From: an uncultured Gemmatimonadales bacterium
GTDB lineage: Bacteria > Gemmatimonadota > Gemmatimonadetes > Longimicrobiales > Gaopeijiaceae
Assembly: GCA_963823035.1 (NCBI GenBank)
Contig: CAWGKG010000023.1
Location: forward strand, 1 to 64,000
DNA: 64,000 nt
Direction: 5' to 3'
The notes beneath the pieces are model-generated. The model ran no database searches. It saw only the letters and a program-made list of their open reading frames with translations, and was not told where the DNA came from. Positions 58,846 through 64,000 of the stretch are shown here, piece after piece. The translations under genes and the position numbers were made by a program. How positions within the stretch are numbered: the stretch's first letter is position 1; every line of letters begins with the position of its first letter.

Positions 58846-58905
58846 CTGAACTATGAACCGGTTCAGGAGTTCAGTATCGTAGGTCGTCGAGTCGAGGCGC
58901 GTCAA
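58846..58905 (-). promoter_or_regulatory. GH51-GH43-GH43 operon promoter with perfect palindromic operator
   Basis: TTGACG(58905-58900)-18 bp-TACGAT(58881-58876); TGAACCGGTTCA 58854-58865 flanked by CTGAACT/AGTTCAG. Confidence 0.8.
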
Positions 58906-58951
58906 GCGTGGGGAACGCTCGCCCCGAGTGTCGCTCGGAGGCCCCTCCGCG

Positions 58952-60022
58952 TCAGGCGACCACCGCCGAGCGACCGTCGCGCGCGGTGGCGAGCGGGGCC
59001 GAAGTGGTCTCGCGCACGACGAGCTCCGCGTGCAGGTACACCTTGCTGGGTGGGCCCGGCTGCGTGTTCTCGATCTCGCGGTGGAGGATCTCCGCAGCCA
59101 TGCGACCCACCTCGTACTTCGGCACACGCACGCTCGTGAGGCGCGACGTCGAAGAGAGGTAGTCGATGAGCTCGAGGTCGTCGTACCCGATCACCGACAC
59201 GTCCTCGGGCACGCGCAGGTGCAGCTCCTCGAGGGCCCGGCAAAGTCCCAGCGCGACCAGGTCGTTGTAGCAGGTCACGGCCGTGGGGCGTTCGGCCGGC
59301 GAGAGCCCGCGGAAGTACTCCAGGCCCGTGCGGTAGCCGTCTTCCAGGCTGTCGCCCGCGCGCACGACCAGGTCCTTCGAGAAGATCAGCTGGGACTCGC
59401 TGTAGGCGCTGCGCACCCCGTCCACCCGCTCCTCGCTGTGGAGGGAGTACTCCGGCCCGGCGAAGTGCACGATGTGCACGTGGCCCAGCTCGATGAGGTG
59501 CTGGGCGGCCGCCTTGGCGCCCTCGATGTTGTCCACGTCGACGAGGTTCGCCTGGATCCCCCGGATCTCCTCGAGCAACACGAAGCGGACGTTGCGCCGC
59601 TTGAGGTCGAAGATGTGCGAGAGGTCCGTCTCGTTGTCGAGCACGGGGGTGAGCAGGATCCCGTCCACGTCCTTGAGGGTGAACAGGTTGATGATCCGCT
59701 GCTCGGCCTTGAAGTCACCGTCGCTCGCCGCGACGAGCATGATGTAGCCGCGCTCGCGCAGGTAGCTCTCCGCCCCCGCGATGATCTCGGCGTAATAGGG
59801 GTTGCCGAGGTCGCGCTGCACGAACCCCACGCTCCGGAGCCCCTCGCTGGCCGCACGCCGACGCGCGGCGGGACGGGGACGATAGTTCAACTGGCGGATC
59901 GCGTCCAGGACCTCGGTCCGCGTGCTCTCCTTCACGGTGCCCTTGTCGTTCAGAACCGCGGAAACGGTCGCCTTGGAAACGCCGGCTAGGTCCGCAACGT
60001 CCTGAATCGTCGGTCGGCCCAC
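58952..60022 (-). CDS. LacI-family transcriptional regulator
   Basis: TIQDVADLAGVSKATVSAVLN HTH; VPEDVSVIGYDD; LTSVRVP. Confidence 0.95.
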   Translation of the reverse strand: MGRPTIQDVADLAGVSKATVSAVLNDKGTVKESTRTEVLDAIRQLNYRPRPAARRRAASEGLRSVGFVQRDLGNPYYAEIIAGAESYLRERGYIMLVAASDGDFKAEQRIINLFTLKDVDGILLTPVLDNETDLSHIFDLKRRNVRFVLLEEIRGIQANLVDVDNIEGAKAAAQHLIELGHVHIVHFAGPEYSLHSEERVDGVRSAYSESQLIFSKDLVVRAGDSLEDGYRTGLEYFRGLSPAERPTAVTCYNDLVALGLCRALEELHLRVPEDVSVIGYDDLELIDYLSSTSRLTSVRVPKYEVGRMAAEILHREIENTQPGPPSKVYLHAELVVRETTSAPLATARDGRSAVVA

Positions 60023-60146
60023 GATGACCTCGCTGTCTGTTTGACACGCCGGTACTCGATCGCCGGCGTCCTTGAAACGGGCTGGAAAAGCGGAGGCGGG
60101 TCTGCCAGAGGAGGGGGGCCCGCACGGTCGCGGCTCTTTGCGTCCG

Positions 60147-60175
60147 AACCTATCTGAACTTGTTCAGAGTTGCAA
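60147..60175 (-). promoter_or_regulatory. Promoter of the downstream lacI gene with an operator in the spacer
   Basis: TTGCAA(60175-60170)-17 bp-TAGGTT(60152-60147); TCTGAACTTGTTCAGA 60153-60168. Confidence 0.72.
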
Positions 60176-61207
60176 TGGCGCAGGTGCGCAGGTCGAGTCC
60201 CGTACGATCAACTCCACCTCCAAGAGTACCTTGCTGGGCCCAAGAGGCTCGCGGGACTCGATGTGGCGGATCAGAAGCTCGGTGGCCAGATCGGCCATGT
60301 CCCGCTTGGGAACGTGGATGGTGGTCAGCCCGAGCGGGAGGTACGCCAGGAGGTCCAGGTCGTCGTGACCCACCACCGACACGTCCTCCGGTACCCGCAG
60401 GCCGAGCTCGCGCAGCGCCCGCATCAACCCGATCGCCACCAGATCGTTGAAACAGACCACCGCGGTCGCCCGTTCCTCGGCGGACATGGAGCCGAAGTAC
60501 TCCTTCCCCGTCCGGTAGCCGTCCTCGAGGCGGGCGCCGCACGTGAGCAGCAGCTCGTCCCGGAAGATCAGGCTGGACTCGCTGAAGGCGCGTCGGAGTC
60601 CGGCCGCGCGCTGCTCGGAGTGGATCGAGTATCGCGGACCGGCGAAGTGGGCGATGCGCGTGTGCCCCAGGTCGATGAGGTACTTCGCGGCCCGTCGCGT
60701 CGCGTCCACGTTGTCGATGTCCACGAGGCTCGCGCGAACGCCCCGGATCTCCTCCAGGAGGACGAGCGGGACGTTGCGCCGCTTCATCTCGAACAGGGGC
60801 GACAGATCCGCATCCTTGTCGAAGACGGGGTTCACCAGCATCCCGTCCACGTCCTTGGCGCGCAGCGCCTCGAAGATCCTCCGCTCGGCCTCGTACTCAC
60901 CCTCCGAGCTCGCCACCAGGAGGGTGTAGCCCTTCTCCGCCGCCCGTTGGCGCGCGCTGGTGATGATCTCCGTGTAGAAAGGGTTGTGCGCTTCCTTGAT
61001 GAGCAACCCTATGCACTTCGCCCGGCTCGTTCCCGCGCGCCTCGCGAACGCGCTCGGTCGGTAGTTCAAGCGCTCGATCACGCCGAGAACGCGATCGCGC
61101 GTGGCCGGATTCACGGTGCCCTTGTCGTTGAGTACGGCCGACACCGTAGCCTTGGAAACGCCCGCCTCACGCGCCACATCGGTGATGGTCGGTCGGTTGT
61201 GGACCAT
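60164..61207 (-). CDS. LacI-family transcriptional regulator (paralog)
   Basis: TITDVAREAGVSKATVSAVLN HTH; VPEDVSVVGHDD; start ATG 61207. Confidence 0.95.
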   Translation of the reverse strand: MVHNRPTITDVAREAGVSKATVSAVLNDKGTVNPATRDRVLGVIERLNYRPSAFARRAGTSRAKCIGLLIKEAHNPFYTEIITSARQRAAEKGYTLLVASSEGEYEAERRIFEALRAKDVDGMLVNPVFDKDADLSPLFEMKRRNVPLVLLEEIRGVRASLVDIDNVDATRRAAKYLIDLGHTRIAHFAGPRYSIHSEQRAAGLRRAFSESSLIFRDELLLTCGARLEDGYRTGKEYFGSMSAEERATAVVCFNDLVAIGLMRALRELGLRVPEDVSVVGHDDLDLLAYLPLGLTTIHVPKRDMADLATELLIRHIESREPLGPSKVLLEVELIVRDSTCAPAPLQL

Positions 61208-61264
61208 GCGCTCTTCGCCGGACTCCGGCCTCTTCAAAAGCGGTACAGGATATTTCAAGTTCTC

Positions 61265-61366
61265 TTGAACAGGTTCAACACTGCCCGGTTGCGCGCGCGC
61301 GCGCAAGCCGTACCGTTGACTCGCCGTCGGGGCCAACCTACACTGCCCGGGCCTCGAAACGGTTCA
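61265..61366 (+). promoter_or_regulatory. Divergent lacI/galM control region with two operators
   Basis: TTGAACAGGTTCAA 61265-61278; TTGACT(61316-61321)-17 bp-TACACT(61339-61344); CGAAACGGTTCA 61355-61366. Confidence 0.78.
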
Positions 61367-61456
61367 GGTAGGTTCGAGGGTTCTTGACCCGCCTGCGGGC
61401 CACCACCACGTGGCGCGGACGGAGTCCTTTACGTGAGAACGCGGGAGTCGACGGGG

Positions 61457-62608
61457 ATGAATGCGAATCGAGCCATCGTCTCGGGAATCGGGATCTTGAG
61501 CCTGGCGATCATCGGGGGCTGCGCCCGCGAATCGTCCGTCGCGGAGACCGGCGTCCAGCGGGCTCCGTACGGCACCACGGACGCGGGGCAGCAGGTCGAG
61601 CAGTTCACCTTCAGCAACGCGCACGGGATCACCGTGAAGGCGATCACCTACGGCGGGATCATCACCTCGCTGGAGACGCCCGACCGGAACGGGCAGATGG
61701 CCGACATCGTGCTCGGCTTCGACTCCCTCCCGCCCTACCAGACGCAGAGCCCGTACTTCGGCGCGATCATCGGTCGCTACGGCAACCGCATCGCGCACGG
61801 CAGCTTCACGATCGACGGGCAGTCCTACCAGCTCCCCACCAACGACGGGCCCAACAGCCTCCACGGCGGTGACAAGGGCTTCGACAAGGTCGTGTGGAAC
61901 GCCGAGCCCTTCGAGCACGAGACGGACCGCGGGGTGGTGTTCACCTACACGAGCCCGGACGGCGACATGGGGTATCCCGGCACCCTGCAGGCGACGGTCA
62001 CGTACACGCTGACCGACGACGACGAGCTGATCTTCGACTACCACGCCACGACCGACAAAGCCACGCCGGTCAACCTGACGCAGCACAGCTATTTCAACCT
62101 ATCGGGAGCGGGCAACGGGAACATCCTCGGTGAGGAGCTGATGCTCCCGGCCTCCGCCTTCACGCCGGTCGACGCGACGCTCATCCCCACCGGCGAGATC
62201 CGCCCCGTCGAGGGCACCCCGTTCGACTTCCGGACGCCGACGGCGATCGGCGCGCGCATCGACGCCGACAACGAGCAGATCGCGCGCGGGCCGGGGTACG
62301 ACCACAACTTCGTGCTCGACCGCACGGGCGACGGACTCGAGCTCGCGGCACGCGTGACCGATCCGGCGAGCGGCCGCACCCTGGAGATCCGCACGACCGA
62401 GCCCGGCATCCAGTTCTACTCGGGCAACTTCCTCGACGGCACCATCACAGGGAAGGGCGGCAAGGTCTACCAGCGGCGGAGTGGCTTCTGCCTCGAGACC
62501 CAGCACTTCCCCGACTCTCCCAACGAACCGTCCTTCCCTTCGACGATCCTGCGGCCCGGCGACGAATACCGGAGCCGCACTGTGTTGGCATTCGGCGTGG
62601 CGGGCTGA
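61457..62608 (+). CDS. galM: Aldose 1-epimerase with lipoprotein signal
   Basis: Lipobox [44 protein letters not shown]. Confidence 0.93.
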   Translation: MNANRAIVSGIGILSLAIIGGCARESSVAETGVQRAPYGTTDAGQQVEQFTFSNAHGITVKAITYGGIITSLETPDRNGQMADIVLGFDSLPPYQTQSPYFGAIIGRYGNRIAHGSFTIDGQSYQLPTNDGPNSLHGGDKGFDKVVWNAEPFEHETDRGVVFTYTSPDGDMGYPGTLQATVTYTLTDDDELIFDYHATTDKATPVNLTQHSYFNLSGAGNGNILGEELMLPASAFTPVDATLIPTGEIRPVEGTPFDFRTPTAIGARIDADNEQIARGPGYDHNFVLDRTGDGLELAARVTDPASGRTLEIRTTEPGIQFYSGNFLDGTITGKGGKVYQRRSGFCLETQHFPDSPNEPSFPSTILRPGDEYRSRTVLAFGVAG

Positions 62609-62635
62609 TCCCGTTCCACGAAAGGACAACCAACC

Positions 62636-64000
62636 ATGGGTGTGCTGGACTGGTCGATCATCGTCGCGTACCTGGGCGTGGTGTTGGGCGTCGCCTTCTG
62701 GGTCTTCCTCAAGCGCAAGGACACACCCGACGACTACTTCCTCGCCGACCGCAACCTCGGCTGGCTGATCGTCGGTGCGTCGATCTTCGCCTCGAACATC
62801 GGGTCCGAGCACCTGGTCGGCCTGGCCGGCTCCGGCGCGACGGACGGGGTGGCGCTCGCGCACTACGAGCTCCACGCCTGGTGCCTGCTCGTGCTGGGGT
62901 GGGTGTTCGTGCCGTTCTACATGCGCTCGCGCGTCTACACGATGCCCGAGTTCCTGGAGAGGCGCTTTTCACCGGCCGCGCGCTGGGTGCTTTCGCTCAT
63001 CTCGCTGGTCGGCTACGTGCTGACGAAGATCGCGGTCGGGATCTTCGCGGGCGGCATCGTCTTCGCGACGCTCCTCCCCGAAGTGCACCTGACGATCGGC
63101 TCGACCGTGCTGAACAGCTTCTGGGTCGGCTCGATCGCGGTGATCCTCATGACCGGCCTGTACACGGTGGCGGGCGGGATGCGCGCGGTGGCGTACACCG
63201 AGGCGCTGCAGACGGTGATCCTCGTGATCGGCTCGGCGCTGCTCACCTGGTTCGGGCTGAGGGCGCTGGGTGGTTGGGGCGGCCTGCGCGCCGCGCTCGA
63301 CCCCGACATGTTCAACCTGTGGAAGCCGCTCATCCCGAAGGGGATGGAGGGCACGTGGGCGCCGGTCATCGAGCCGACCCGCATCGCGTGGTACTTCAAC
63401 GGGCACTACCCGTGGATCGGGATGCTCTTCTGCGCGCCGATCATCGGCCTGTGGTACTGGACCACCGACCAGTACATCGTGCAGCGCGCGCTCGGTGCGA
63501 GGAACGAGACGGAGGCGCGGCGCGGCAGCATCTTCGCAGGCACGCTCAAGATCCTGCCGGTCTTCATCTTCATCATCCCGGGGATGATCGCCCTCGCGCT
63601 CGCCCGCACGGGCAACTACGAGGGTCTGGCCCAGATCGTGGACGCGAGCGGCAACGTCGTCCGCGAAAACGCCCAGGGCGCCTTCCCGCTCCTGGTGATG
63701 AGCATCCTCCCGACGGGCGTGCGCGGCATCGTGGTCGCCGGCCTGCTCGCCGCGCTCATGAGCTCGCTCGCGGGAGTCTTCAACGCCTCGTCCACGCTCT
63801 TCACGATGGATCTGTACACGAAGTTCCGCCCTGAGGCCTCCAAGCATCAGCTCGTGTGGACCGGCCGGATGGCGACCGCCGTCATGGTGTTGATCGGCCT
63901 CCTGTGGATCCCGGTCATCCAGGGTGCACGAGGGCTGTACGAGTACCTGCAGGGCGTCCAGAGCTACCTGGCCCCGCCGATCTTCGCGGTCTTCTTCCTC
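62636..64000 (+). CDS. Sodium:solute symporter (SGLT-like sugar transporter), truncated by the window end
   Basis: ATG 62636 after AAAGGA; DYFLADR, ASNIGSEHLVGLAG, TMPEFLERRF, WYWTTDQYIVQR, AALMSSL. Confidence 0.93.
   Translation, partial: MGVLDWSIIVAYLGVVLGVAFWVFLKRKDTPDDYFLADRNLGWLIVGASIFASNIGSEHLVGLAGSGATDGVALAHYELHAWCLLVLGWVFVPFYMRSRVYTMPEFLERRFSPAARWVLSLISLVGYVLTKIAVGIFAGGIVFATLLPEVHLTIGSTVLNSFWVGSIAVILMTGLYTVAGGMRAVAYTEALQTVILVIGSALLTWFGLRALGGWGGLRAALDPDMFNLWKPLIPKGMEGTWAPVIEPTRIAWYFNGHYPWIGMLFCAPIIGLWYWTTDQYIVQRALGARNETEARRGSIFAGTLKILPVFIFIIPGMIALALARTGNYEGLAQIVDASGNVVRENAQGAFPLLVMSILPTGVRGIVVAGLLAALMSSLAGVFNASSTLFTMDLYTKFRPEASKHQLVWTGRMATAVMVLIGLLWIPVIQGARGLYEYLQGVQSYLAPPIFAVFFL

Overview
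Very GC-rich bacterial DNA. The SusC/SusD pairs, BNR hydrolase and plug-only lipoproteins suggest Gemmatimonadota, but that is inference only. Bases 1-11000 hold mixed genes: a serine hydrolase, a Met gamma-lyase-like PLP enzyme, an ABC-2 exporter, a BNR-repeat hydrolase, an ICL/PEP-mutase-family enzyme and a D-aminoacylase. From about 11100 to the window end lies a large utilisation island. It has two SusC/SusD pairs, each followed by a hairpin and stand-alone TonB-plug lipoprotein gene(s). Its glycan enzymes are GH127 and GH146-like beta-L-arabinofuranosidases, GH51, two GH43, a retaining GH97, GH31, a GH88 apparently fused to a BNR_4 (GH145/PL42-like) propeller, an esterase and two mutarotases, plus an SSS symporter. 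It also carries two DPP-IV-like S9 peptidases, two HExxH metallopeptidases, and a glycyl-radical enzyme with the trans-4-hydroxy-L-proline dehydratase (HypD) motifs plus its activase. Two operator families can be read from the DNA. CTGATAYATCAG sits at the gntR-activase-hypD operon, both susC promoters and GH31. TGAACCGGTTCA sits at the arabinosidase, GH97, galM and lacI genes. Best hypothesis: a locus for complete use of hydroxyproline-rich plant glycoproteins (AGP/extensin), covering glycan, peptide backbone and Hyp. More than 20 single-base frameshifts look like long-read assembly errors, so several gene boundaries are reconstructions.
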